Of a DNA stretch of 59,887 bases, positions 50,015-58,846 are shown piece by piece. The notes under the pieces are model-generated. The model did not search any database and was not told the DNA's origin. It worked only from the letters and a program-made list of their open reading frames with translations. Positions within the stretch are counted from its first letter, which is position 1, and every line of letters begins with the position of its first letter. Source of the stretch: a virus; IMG/VR virus record IMGVR_UViG_3300019884_000065; one strand, written 5' to 3'. The translations under genes and the position numbers were made by a program.

Positions 50015-51255
50015 TGGCTAGCATCACCCTCACCGATTTCATCGTCAAGCGGAACGTACGAGCGTTCCTGTGGGCGATACGATATGGCGAGGGCACGCAG
50101 GGTGAGGACGGTTATCGCACACTGTTCGGCGGCAAGTTGTTCCTAGGAGCGGACGGCGTATATTCGACGTTCGACGACTTCGCCGATCACCCGCGCATCA
50201 GGACAACAGTCACGCTCCGGAACGGTAAGAGACTCACGTCCACCGCGGCGGGTGCCTATCAATTCCTGGAGAAGACCTGGGACAACGTTTGCAATGAATA
50301 CGGGTTCATCAATTTCGAGCCGCCGACGCAAGACCTGGCTGCTATCGCTTTGATACATGGGCGCAAGGCACTCGAAGACGTAGTAGAAGGCCGCATCCAT
50401 ATTGCGGTGTTGAAGTGCAATAAAGAATGGGCGAGCTTACCTGGCAGTCCCTATGGTCAGCCGGTCGTTACCCTGGAGGAATTTCTACGCGAGTACGAAG
50501 AGGCAGGCGGACTGTTAATGAACGAAGAGGCGGCACATGAACCAACGATGCTGCCTGTAGCGGCGCTTCCGGCTAAGCTACCTCACATCCCCAGCAAGAC
50601 AGTCGAGATAGCCCGCGGCAGCACAGACCTCGGCGTTGAATTGCAACAGGAGAAAGCCATGCCCATTCCAGCCATCATTGCGGCTCTGCTGCCGTCTCTT
50701 ATTCAACTGGTCCCACAACTCACAAAGATATTCGGTTCCGGCTCTGAAGTGTCTCAACGCAATATCGCAGCGGCAGAAGCTGTCTTTGCTGTAGCGAAGG
50801 ATGCCATTGGTGCGAAGAACGAGCAGGAGGTCATTGAAGCTATTAAGGCTGACCCTGTCCAGGCTACAGCAGTGAAGACAGCTATCGAGAAGAACTATCT
50901 GAATATTCAAGAGGCCGGTGGCGGAGGTATCGCGGCAGCACGGGACTTCAGCATTGCCGTTGCCAATATGCGAACACCGGAAGGCCAGCCGTTATCTCTC
51001 CTCACGCAACCAGCATTTGTCATATCGATGGTGATGCTTGCCCTTGTTGTCTTGATGGTGCTCGTGGTCCTGTTCCCTTGGGAAATACTTAGAGAGGGCG
51101 GTGGACAGATCTACACCGACGAGGTTAGACTGATTGTGGTGACGGCCATCATCGGTTCACTATCAACGATCGGGGCCTTCTGGCTCGGGTCATCTTTCGC
51201 GAGCCGTCGAGAACCACCTAGTGCGCTTGGCTCACGCACACGTTCAACAGACTAG
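50014..51255 (+). CDS. Lambda-R-like lysozyme/transglycosylase (GH104-like) fused to a C-terminal membrane-spanning domain (413 aa)
   Basis: The N-terminus has WAIRYGEGT...YRTLFGG...FADHPR...STAAGAYQF...WASLPGSPYGQ, which parallels phage lambda R. The C-terminal ~200 aa have an amphipathic region and at least two hydrophobic helices (FVISMVMLALVVLMVLVVLF, IVVTAIIGSLSTIGAFWLG). Confidence 0.75.
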   Translation: MASITLTDFIVKRNVRAFLWAIRYGEGTQGEDGYRTLFGGKLFLGADGVYSTFDDFADHPRIRTTVTLRNGKRLTSTAAGAYQFLEKTWDNVCNEYGFINFEPPTQDLAAIALIHGRKALEDVVEGRIHIAVLKCNKEWASLPGSPYGQPVVTLEEFLREYEEAGGLLMNEEAAHEPTMLPVAALPAKLPHIPSKTVEIARGSTDLGVELQQEKAMPIPAIIAALLPSLIQLVPQLTKIFGSGSEVSQRNIAAAEAVFAVAKDAIGAKNEQEVIEAIKADPVQATAVKTAIEKNYLNIQEAGGGGIAAARDFSIAVANMRTPEGQPLSLLTQPAFVISMVMLALVVLMVLVVLFPWEILREGGGQIYTDEVRLIVVTAIIGSLSTIGAFWLGSSFASRREPPSALGSRTRSTD

Positions 51256-51263
51256 GAGTTAAT

Positions 51264-51473
51264 ATGAAGATCGAAGTCAGCGAAGGTTCCAGCGGCGTAT
51301 GGTCCTGGCGTTTCAAGAGCGACAACGGCGTCACGATTGCCGAGGGTACGAAGACCTTCGAATCGAAGGGCGATGCACAGAAGGCTATTGCATCTTTCGG
51401 TGATGCAGTGGGCGTGAAAGCGAAGGACGTTTCATTCGTTCCACTCATCCCGGAGAAAGAAGAGGGGGAGTGA
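51264..51473 (+). CDS. DUF1508 (YegP-like) domain protein (69 aa)
   Basis: WSWRFKSDNGVTIAEGTKTFESKGDAQKAIASF matches the YegP/DUF1508 repeat pattern. AGGAG lies upstream. Confidence 0.6.
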   Translation: MKIEVSEGSSGVWSWRFKSDNGVTIAEGTKTFESKGDAQKAIASFGDAVGVKAKDVSFVPLIPEKEEGE

Positions 51474-51942
51474 GCTGGACCGTGCCTGGCAGTCTTTCAA
51501 TAAGGGCTAGGGGTAGGGTACCACCCATCCGCTGACCGCAGTGCCAGGCAGCTGCCTGGCGTAGCCTGGCACTACTGGCGACCGAGAGGGAGGCCATGTC
51601 GGCCGGGGACATCCCCCGGAGGTCCACCAGCCAGGTCGCCGATTGATTGCCGATCAAGCACCAGCACAACCCGCCAGCCCACACTCTGCGCGAAGCATAG
51701 ATGATCTGGGACCGTCGCATACCGTGCTGAATCCCAAGCACCTGTGCGGTGTCGCCCGGTGCAGTGTCGCTGAACTTCAACTCGATGCCACCTTCAACAC
51801 CGTCGATGCAGTAGTTGACGTCGGGTGTCCCGTCGCCAACTACATTCTCGATGCGTTCAAGATGGAAGCGTAGCTTCAGTGCTTGACAGCTCTTGGTGAT
51901 GTTGGGACGAATGCGCTCCGCCCAGAAGCCGACTTCATCCAT
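51445..51942 (-). CDS. VRR-NUC / PD-(D/E)xK-like nuclease (165 aa)
   Basis: GDGTPDVNYCIDGVEGGIELKF fits the PD...(D/E)xK layout. It is the last gene of the minus-strand arm, and its 3' end overlaps the convergent gene by 29 nt. Confidence 0.5.
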   Translation of the reverse strand: MDEVGFWAERIRPNITKSCQALKLRFHLERIENVVGDGTPDVNYCIDGVEGGIELKFSDTAPGDTAQVLGIQHGMRRSQIIYASRRVWAGGLCWCLIGNQSATWLVDLRGMSPADMASLSVASSARLRQAAAWHCGQRMGGTLPLALIERLPGTVQLTPPLLSPG

Positions 51943-52252
51943 TTGGCTTTGCGTGACGATCGAGGAAGAACATTTGCGCTAGGCTAGGACGCTCCAGCTT
52001 CGGAGTGAAGCCCTCGAGCTTCATAACGAAGCGCAATGGTAGGTTTGTCTCCAGCGCCCAATAGTCTTTGTCGTTGATCTTCATTCTGCAGACCAATGCT
52101 TCTATAGCGTTGTACTTGCTGCCATCCGGCGTCTCAAGATATCCCTTCATCTTGAGCGGTACGCGTTCGCCGATCTCATGGCTCACGTGTCGTGGGACGT
52201 CTATTGTTCCTAGCAGGCGATCTGTCTCAGTTGACCAGAGCTCGTATATCAT
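51935..52252 (-). CDS. Hypothetical protein (105 aa)
   Basis: Track ORF 51935..52267 trimmed to the ATG at 52252, which forms an ATGA overlap with the polymerase stop. Confidence 0.55.
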   Translation of the reverse strand: MIYELWSTETDRLLGTIDVPRHVSHEIGERVPLKMKGYLETPDGSKYNAIEALVCRMKINDKDYWALETNLPLRFVMKLEGFTPKLERPSLAQMFFLDRHAKPNG

Positions 52253-54288
52253 GCGCAGGCTCCCCAATTCGGTCCGCGTGTTTGATCAGCACGGATTGGG
52301 ACATCCAGTGTCATACAGTTCTCCATAATGTTCCTCACTTCGTTGATTGCTTCCTGATGTTGCTTACTTGCGTTTGCACTATGCCCGAGCTCGTCATGAC
52401 AGGTGAGCTTCGGAACTCCAACTACCTTTGTCGCACCACTACGGTGAATGTCCCGCATGGCTGTCTTCATCAAGTCCGCGGCACTACCTTGCAGTAGACC
52501 GTTCAATGCTTTGTGAGTGTAGGCACGGGCAACGCGCGGACCCCATGTCTCGATCGCGTCATCATAGCGCATGGCCTTGCCGTTGTACCCTTCACTGCCC
52601 CAGCGCGGTTCGAATAGATCGAAGCGGACACGTCGACCTCCAAATGTCTTGATATAGCCACGCTCAGCCGCGCGCTTCTGGGCAACGTTGTATGTGGCAC
52701 GGACGAATGGGACAGCGTTGTGATACTGCTGGATGATGTACTCGGACTCCTCACGCGAGAGTCCCAGGTAAGAGATCAGTGTGTCGATGCCCATGCCATA
52801 CACGAGCCCGAAGTTGATGTTCTTCACAGGCTTACGGAAGCTCTTGCGCTGTACCTTTGTGCTGATGTCCCAGCCAGCAAATGGTGCCACGAGGTCCAGA
52901 GTCATCTCATGGAAGTCAGTGGTCGGGTCATTGCGATAACGCTCTCGGACCGACTCCCCAGACGGCCCGCGAGCGTAATGAGCCAAGAATCTATACTCGA
53001 TCTGCGACCAGTCGTGGCGGACCCACTGCTCACCTTCTTCTGGTATGAACAACGCCCTGAGCTTCGGACCCCAATACTCATCGCGTGCTGGAATGTTCTG
53101 TAGGTTCGGAAGGGATGATGAGAAGCGGCCAGACACGGTGCCGTTCTCGTCACCTTTGAGCTGATGGAATAGCGCGTACAACCGACCGTTGACATGCTTG
53201 TCCAGAACATAGGAGCGAACAAACGTGTTGCGGTACTTCTGGAGTTGCCTGCGGTGTCGAACGAGTTCACCAGCCGGATGCTTAACTCGCTCGAGCCACT
53301 CTTTAACGAACGATGGCTGACCCGTAGCTGTCTTCGGATAGGCAACACCGGCTGCATCAAAGAGTGCGGCGAGGTCGCTCTTGCTGATGTCCTTGTCCGG
53401 GTCCAGGTTCGTTAGCATGCCACCCGACACGGTCTTCAGCCGCATGTCGGCCTCGAGGATGCCAGCGGTGAGCTCGTCGTCCAGGCGCTTGGCGTACTCG
53501 ATGTCTACGCGCACGCCAGCCTGGCGCATCTGGACCATCAACGGGATGAGTTCAGTTTCTAAATCGAACAAGCCCATCATGAGCTGTTGCTCTATGATGA
53601 TTCTTTGCTTGCTCCAGATGCGCAGGGGCAGGTCGACGTCGCCTTCTGCGTATGGTCCCACTAGGCAGGGAGGCGCGGCCCAGATGTGTGCCCGATAGTG
53701 ATCGCCGTCACCGTATGCACGTTCGATCCATGCAGCGAGCTCGTTCTTTACCTTCGTCTCGCCGAGGTACGACTTGCTCAGGGCGTCCAAGTTATACGTA
53801 AATCTATTAGAGTCTATTAGCGCTTCTGCGTGTTGTACGTCGATGAACGGTCCGCTCACGGGGACGCCCTCGCTCCACAAGGCGTCTACGTCATAGGACA
53901 GATTCGCGCCGACCTTTGCCTGGCCCTCGGTGCAGAGGTTGTCGCGCGCCCAGGCCAGCACATGGCCAGGGTCAAGGTTCTGTTCTGGTGCTATCTTGTG
54001 CCGCATGGGGAAGTACCAGCGGCCACCTTCCATCGTACCGACGCTGATGCCTACGATGTGAGCACCTTCTTCACCTTCTCGACGGAAGCCTGGACCTTTC
54101 TCAACAAGGGCTCGGTCCTTTGTCTCAGTATCCAGGCCCAATATCTTAGCCTCACATAGCCTCGGAAAAGCGCCCGGCGCCACCCATCCTGTATCGGGAA
54201 TAGGTGGCGTCGGCCGATCATAGTTGATCCGCTTTTCCTTGACCTGGATTTCTTCCCAGAAGAAGCCAACGCTGTCGTCTCGTTGCAT
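52249..54288 (-). CDS. Family-A DNA polymerase with a 3'-5' exonuclease domain (679 aa)
   Basis: Exo I-like LGLDTET, motif A HDWSQIEYRFLAH, motif B RKPVKNINFGLVYGMG and motif C LTCHDELG. No 5'-3' exonuclease domain is present. Confidence 0.9.
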   Translation of the reverse strand: MQRDDSVGFFWEEIQVKEKRINYDRPTPPIPDTGWVAPGAFPRLCEAKILGLDTETKDRALVEKGPGFRREGEEGAHIVGISVGTMEGGRWYFPMRHKIAPEQNLDPGHVLAWARDNLCTEGQAKVGANLSYDVDALWSEGVPVSGPFIDVQHAEALIDSNRFTYNLDALSKSYLGETKVKNELAAWIERAYGDGDHYRAHIWAAPPCLVGPYAEGDVDLPLRIWSKQRIIIEQQLMMGLFDLETELIPLMVQMRQAGVRVDIEYAKRLDDELTAGILEADMRLKTVSGGMLTNLDPDKDISKSDLAALFDAAGVAYPKTATGQPSFVKEWLERVKHPAGELVRHRRQLQKYRNTFVRSYVLDKHVNGRLYALFHQLKGDENGTVSGRFSSSLPNLQNIPARDEYWGPKLRALFIPEEGEQWVRHDWSQIEYRFLAHYARGPSGESVRERYRNDPTTDFHEMTLDLVAPFAGWDISTKVQRKSFRKPVKNINFGLVYGMGIDTLISYLGLSREESEYIIQQYHNAVPFVRATYNVAQKRAAERGYIKTFGGRRVRFDLFEPRWGSEGYNGKAMRYDDAIETWGPRVARAYTHKALNGLLQGSAADLMKTAMRDIHRSGATKVVGVPKLTCHDELGHSANASKQHQEAINEVRNIMENCMTLDVPIRADQTRGPNWGACA

Positions 54289-54519
54289 TTATTTCTTCAG
54301 TATGTTCGGCGGTAGTGTCCCGGTGAGTACATGCATCTTCGCCGGGTCTGCCACTGCTACGTGATGCACCGGCTCGCGCTGCTGTTCGGCAGTAATGGCG
54401 TTACTCTGCACAATCGTTTTGGCCTGTGCCATGAGCTCATCTAGCCGCCTATTACGCTCCTGTATCTCGCGGCATAGTTGAATCATCTCTTCGTAAATCG
54501 CTGCAATTGTCTCGCTCAT
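54289..54519 (-). CDS. Hypothetical protein (76 aa)
   Basis: Track ORF 54289..54588 trimmed to the ATG at 54519, which forms an ATGA overlap with the upstream stop. Confidence 0.5.
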   Translation of the reverse strand: MSETIAAIYEEMIQLCREIQERNRRLDELMAQAKTIVQSNAITAEQQREPVHHVAVADPAKMHVLTGTLPPNILKK

Positions 54520-55475
54520 CGCTGTCCTCCGAATAGCCCGATCACTTCGCCAGCTTTGAAGGCGTGTGTATCGGGTTTGATATGCCACTGAATAGCCGTG
54601 GCGTGCTCGAAGACCAATGCCGCCATGCGCGCATTGAGCTTCCCTGTAGCCGGCAACTCAAGGTCGTCGGCTTCGAATGTTTCATCTAGTAGCTTGAGCC
54701 CGCCCTCGCGGAACTCCACTACGGGTATGCGCATGTCCGCCAACTTCACCGCAGCATCGAGCACGCCAGCCAGTGCGCTGTGCGGTGTTGCCCAATTGAC
54801 CTCCTCTAATCCGTTCACGTAGCCATCAACAACGTGCGTTGGCCACTGTGCGGCAATCAGAAGTGTCTTCACCCAGCAGTCGTCATCGAAGTAGAATGTG
54901 ACGCTGTCCTCTGTGACACCCATATCGATCGGTTCTCCCTTCGTCGTTACTGCACCGAAGCAGGCAGAGGGAACAATCACCGTTGCTGGCAACACCGTCG
55001 GGAATGGTACGCGGCACAGAATCACGTTGTTCGTGGCATAGGCGAACCCGTTGTGAAGACAGATGCCGTTGGCCCATATCTTCGAGGAGTCGGTGGCGAC
55101 GAAGGGCTCTAGTTGTTCAATGAGGGCAGATACGCCAGAGGCCGTGTGGCTGGTTTTCGGAGTGGGGGCAGTACGTGGGTACTCCCCACTGTCTGCCAGA
55201 CCGATACGGGACCGCCTGGCGTGGCCCACGACCATTAAACTCGCGTCCGTGACCCGGAAGGTGGGGTCGCTATCGCAGACGCCCCATGCACTCGCCAGCT
55301 TGGCCGCGTCCACTGTGCAGAGTGGCATGTTGCATGGCACGTCGACTGTATAACGGCCGTTGTTCACCTGTGCACGGCGATCACCGTTCTCGTCGTCGTA
55401 GACGTGTAGCTTTTGAAAGGCTGGCAGTAGTGTGCCTATGTGCGCACATAGGTATTTGAGAGTATCGAGGTCCAT
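54516..55475 (-). CDS. Putative sliding-clamp (DnaN-like) protein (319 aa)
   Basis: Trimmed to the ATG at 55475 (TAATG overlap with dpdA). ...LHNGFAYATNNVILCRVPF... recalls the clamp ATDGHRL segment. It sits next to the polymerase. The call is tentative. Confidence 0.4.
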   Translation of the reverse strand: MDLDTLKYLCAHIGTLLPAFQKLHVYDDENGDRRAQVNNGRYTVDVPCNMPLCTVDAAKLASAWGVCDSDPTFRVTDASLMVVGHARRSRIGLADSGEYPRTAPTPKTSHTASGVSALIEQLEPFVATDSSKIWANGICLHNGFAYATNNVILCRVPFPTVLPATVIVPSACFGAVTTKGEPIDMGVTEDSVTFYFDDDCWVKTLLIAAQWPTHVVDGYVNGLEEVNWATPHSALAGVLDAAVKLADMRIPVVEFREGGLKLLDETFEADDLELPATGKLNARMAALVFEHATAIQWHIKPDTHAFKAGEVIGLFGGQR

Positions 55476-56413
55476 TAGAAGAACGTGACTGCTGCACGCA
55501 TATACGTGGGCCGGCCAATCTTTTTCATGTAGTGTTTGAAGTAGCGGAGGTTCCACGCATCGCGCATACCGTAGTTCGTCGCCAGGTCTTCCGGCTTGAA
55601 GCCTTCTGCGTGTAGGAGATCGGTGACGTATTTCTGCGTCACGCTGTCCAGGCTCCAGAAGCTCTTGTCTTCGGTCTTCACATTGGGGCTCTTCTCAGAG
55701 AATGAGATGGCCCGCCGCTTGCCACCGATGTCCATGATGCAACTACCGAACATCGAGATCATGACCCATGACGTTGAGTCTACTGAATACCACGGGTAGC
55801 GTTCCATCAACTCGAACGTTGTCAACCCGAAGCCGTGGACCTTGACCCTGGCGCTGCCGTCCGGGTTCGCCAGGTACTTGTCGAAGATATGGTCCAGCCA
55901 CTCAATCAAGTACGGTGTTGCCTCCGGTACCATACCGCCGATGAAGATGTAGTCGTAGCCTTCGTCCAGGTACCGCACAAGCCACTCATCTCGATCGCGG
56001 GCGTGATGCACAGGGCAGACCTGTATCGGCAACTTCAACGACTCCAGGTATTTCTGATTCGCGTAGCTCTCCGCCTCGAGGCCTTTGCCAATGGCGTCGA
56101 CGTTCGAAGCTATCTCAATAAAGTCCTGTGCCGCAATCAGATAACGGGCGTATTTGTCGAGGTCCACTTTAATACCCAGCGTGAACATCGAGAACGCGCC
56201 CGAGTCCATGAATATCTTGTGGCCGTTGCGGCGGATCACTTCATCGCATTGCCCTTTGCCGATGTAGTGATAGCTCTCGAGGTGGAACGGATACGACTCG
56301 GCGGCGGCAGCAATCTGCATCGGATTGCCGCTTTGAGAATCCGCGCGATGACCGTTGTAGCGAGCTGCCGCATAGATCTTAATGCAGTCATTGAAGTCCT
56401 CGGTGTGGTTCAT
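55475..56413 (-). CDS. dpdA: DpdA-type 7-deazaguanine DNA transglycosylase (TGT-fold, 312 aa)
   Basis: Trimmed to the ATG at 56413 (ATGA overlap). It has the IFMDSGAFSMF motif and TIM-barrel-like periodicity. It lies in one operon with folE, queD, queE and queC. Confidence 0.7.
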   Translation of the reverse strand: MNHTEDFNDCIKIYAAARYNGHRADSQSGNPMQIAAAAESYPFHLESYHYIGKGQCDEVIRRNGHKIFMDSGAFSMFTLGIKVDLDKYARYLIAAQDFIEIASNVDAIGKGLEAESYANQKYLESLKLPIQVCPVHHARDRDEWLVRYLDEGYDYIFIGGMVPEATPYLIEWLDHIFDKYLANPDGSARVKVHGFGLTTFELMERYPWYSVDSTSWVMISMFGSCIMDIGGKRRAISFSEKSPNVKTEDKSFWSLDSVTQKYVTDLLHAEGFKPEDLATNYGMRDAWNLRYFKHYMKKIGRPTYMRAAVTFF

Positions 56414-56604
56414 GGGCACTCGGTAAAGATATATCGGGTGAAGGACATGCCGCATTTGGTACAGTGGCTTGGCTCTTCATTGAGGCGTCCATCTTCGTCT
56501 TTCACTTGAAGATAAGCCCACTCGTGCTTGCATCCAGGAGGATAAGCAGGAGTGACATGAATAACAACGCCCGGAGGATCATCCACATCTTTGTCGTCTT
56601 TCAT
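56410..56604 (-). CDS. Small Cys/His zinc-ribbon-like protein (64 aa), coupled to dpdA
   Basis: Track ORF. GCKHEW...HCTKCG is present, and its stop overlaps the dpdA ATG (ATGA). Confidence 0.5.
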   Translation of the reverse strand: MKDDKDVDDPPGVVIHVTPAYPPGCKHEWAYLQVKDEDGRLNEEPSHCTKCGMSFTRYIFTECP

Positions 56605-56610
56605 TTTGGT

Positions 56611-56949
56611 TCACTTGATCTTGTTTACCACATCATTAGATTGCTGTTCGACAGTGTCTAAAGCTGTCATCATTTCTGCTGCTTTTATAAATACTCCAAG
56701 AGAAGTTTCGATCAAAACAACGCTACCGTCTTCTCTGTCCGCTCGGATGATGACAGCGGGTGTGCCGCCTGGTTCCCGGATGCCACCTGACAATCGACCG
56801 ATAGAGAGTTCAGTTGTGTCCACGCCCATCCACTCCACATCATCGCGAAGTGGGTAGGCACCGTCTGCACGTTGCGGCTGAGTTTCGTCATGTAGGTCGG
56901 CCCATTGACCATGAGTCAAATCGAAAACGATTTTCACTGTACTGGTCAT
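56611..56949 (-). CDS. Hypothetical protein (112 aa) inside the deazaguanine operon
   Basis: Track ORF 56611..57000 trimmed to the ATG at 56949. GGAGG (56955-59 reverse complement) lies 5 nt upstream. The start is 2 nt after the folE stop. Confidence 0.55.
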   Translation of the reverse strand: MTSTVKIVFDLTHGQWADLHDETQPQRADGAYPLRDDVEWMGVDTTELSIGRLSGGIREPGGTPAVIIRADREDGSVVLIETSLGVFIKAAEMMTALDTVEQQSNDVVNKIK

Positions 56950-56950
56950 G

Positions 56951-57559
56951 CTAACCTCCGTTGCAGGCGGCGAGGAATTCGGCACGAGCTTTAGCGTCAT
57001 CTTTGATAGCTCCCTTCAAGGCGTTTGTGATTGTGTAGTGACCCTGTTGGCACACACCGCGCGACTCCATACACATATGCCGTGCGCGTACCTGTACGCC
57101 GACTCCAATGGGTTTGAGGTTGCGGTCGATCGCCTCGACAATCTGTGCCGTGATTCGCTCTTGCACCTGCAAGCGTCGGGCGAAGGCATCGACAACGCGA
57201 TTGATCTTCGACAGCCCAACGATGCGACCGTTCGGAATATAGGCCACTGTAGCAGTGCCGAAGAATGGTGCGAGATGATGCTCACAGTGCGAATAGAGTG
57301 GGATGTTCTTCACCACAATCATCTCATCAACACCGTCGGCTCCGTCCATGAACGTCTTGAGCAGACTATCGACATCCACTCGGTAGCCCGCGGCCCAATA
57401 GTCGCGCCAGGCAGCAGCGACGCGTGCCGGTGTTTCCTCAATTCCCTCGCGTAGTGCGTCGCTATGTGCTAGGCTTTCGATGTGGCGTAGCAGTTCTTCA
57501 ACTGCAATTGGCATCGGGTCACGGGCGCGCGGGTAATGGCCGTCGTCGTATAGGCTCAT
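56951..57559 (-). CDS. folE: GTP cyclohydrolase I
   Basis: It has ...VKNIPLYSHCEHHLAPFFGTATVAYIPNGRIVGLSKINRVVDAFARRLQVQERIT..., the classic FolE core. Confidence 0.9.
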   Translation of the reverse strand: MSLYDDGHYPRARDPMPIAVEELLRHIESLAHSDALREGIEETPARVAAAWRDYWAAGYRVDVDSLLKTFMDGADGVDEMIVVKNIPLYSHCEHHLAPFFGTATVAYIPNGRIVGLSKINRVVDAFARRLQVQERITAQIVEAIDRNLKPIGVGVQVRARHMCMESRGVCQQGHYTITNALKGAIKDDAKARAEFLAACNGG

Positions 57560-58398
57560 TCAACACCTCCGAACAGATGCGTCTGACAGGTCATGCGCCT
57601 GTTGTAATCCATGGCCAGCCGGGCGGCGTGACGGTAGTTGCGCGCTGTTTCTTTCTGGTCGATCAACGTATCGTCCCATACGGTAGCAATCTCACCTGGC
57701 ATAGGACTGCGCTTGTAGACAGCCATGCCGCTGATGTAGATGCTGTTCTCAGCTGCGAGTGCATCCTCGGGTATGTCGTGATACGGTGACACACTGTCGG
57801 CCGTCACGACATACTTGAGGTCCAGTACATCAGCGCTATTGAACCAGAACTGCGGGATGAGCGGATAGGTGGAGCGTGAGTGCGGCACTTTGGGCGAGCA
57901 CACGAAGCGCATGTGCCCTTGGCGACGTGCGGTGTCGATCATATCTTCACGTAGCAGCAGACCATTGGTTTCGAGCTGCCAGGTCGGCCGGCTTAACATC
58001 CCGAAGTGTGGGTCGACCTGAGTGATGACCTGCTTGATGTGTTGCCACTGCAGCAACGGTTCACCGCCAGTGAGCACAATGAGACTGCACTTGTGCGCAT
58101 GTAGCTCGTGCATGATGGCGTCGTGTGCCTCGACCACTCTGCCATCGGCCAGGTGAAACTTCGTGTCGCACCAGGGGCAGTCCTGCTTCAGACCGATGTT
58201 GCAGCCAGCCAATCGTATGAATAACGCTGGCACGCCGGCGTATGGGCCTTCGCCTTGGATTGTGTAGAACATACTGTGGATGAGCAATTGCCCATCACGC
58301 AGCATGTCGTAGGAGTTCTTGGTGGCGTTGATGTCCGCGTTGATGACGGGGAACTTACGCTTAGTGGGAGGATCAAGAAGATGCATGAGCTTTGCCAT
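57556..58398 (-). CDS. queE: 7-carboxy-7-deazaguanine synthase (radical SAM); start uncertain (58398, 58386 or 58305)
   Basis: It has FYTIQGEGPYAGVPALFIRLAGCNIGLKQDCPWCDTKF (C-x7-C-x2-C as read) and ...LTGGEPLLQ. Confidence 0.85.
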   Translation of the reverse strand: MAKLMHLLDPPTKRKFPVINADINATKNSYDMLRDGQLLIHSMFYTIQGEGPYAGVPALFIRLAGCNIGLKQDCPWCDTKFHLADGRVVEAHDAIMHELHAHKCSLIVLTGGEPLLQWQHIKQVITQVDPHFGMLSRPTWQLETNGLLLREDMIDTARRQGHMRFVCSPKVPHSRSTYPLIPQFWFNSADVLDLKYVVTADSVSPYHDIPEDALAAENSIYISGMAVYKRSPMPGEIATVWDDTLIDQKETARNYRHAARLAMDYNRRMTCQTHLFGGVE

Positions 58399-58846
58399 TT
58401 GGATTGATATACCTCCCTGAATTCTTGTCGTTCTCTCTTACCTCAACGCTAATGACCCAACACCGCCCCATCGACTTTGCGATGAGATGGTTGTTGACCC
58501 ACTCGCAGACGAACTGCGCTGTGTCTTCCATGCCGACGCCGTAGGGCAGCGTGCGAATGGTAGCGGCACCCGCGACCTCGAGCTGGCGGAACTGCGGCAT
58601 CAACGGGTCATCTTCACACAGAAGCAGTGTGTGATCGAAGAACTCATCGAGGAACGACTTCACCCATCCCAGCTGACCGAAGTCGACTACGAAGCCGCAG
58701 TCGTCACGATCGCTTGCCCCGAAGACGAAGTGGAAGCTGCGCGAGTACCCGTGCACGCGTGCGCAGACACCCTTGTGCCGGTGTTGCCGATGTGCGCAGG
58801 GATAGTTCCAATAGGCTTTCGTGCTTTGATAGGTTGATTCGCTCAT
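58373..58846 (-). CDS. queD: 6-carboxy-5,6,7,8-tetrahydropterin synthase
   Basis: Trimmed to the ATG at 58846 (ATGA overlap with queC). It has CARVHGYSRSFHFVF and VVDFGQLGWVKSFLDEFFDHTLLL. Confidence 0.85.
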   Translation of the reverse strand: MSESTYQSTKAYWNYPCAHRQHRHKGVCARVHGYSRSFHFVFGASDRDDCGFVVDFGQLGWVKSFLDEFFDHTLLLCEDDPLMPQFRQLEVAGAATIRTLPYGVGMEDTAQFVCEWVNNHLIAKSMGRCWVISVEVRENDKNSGRYINPNGKAHASS

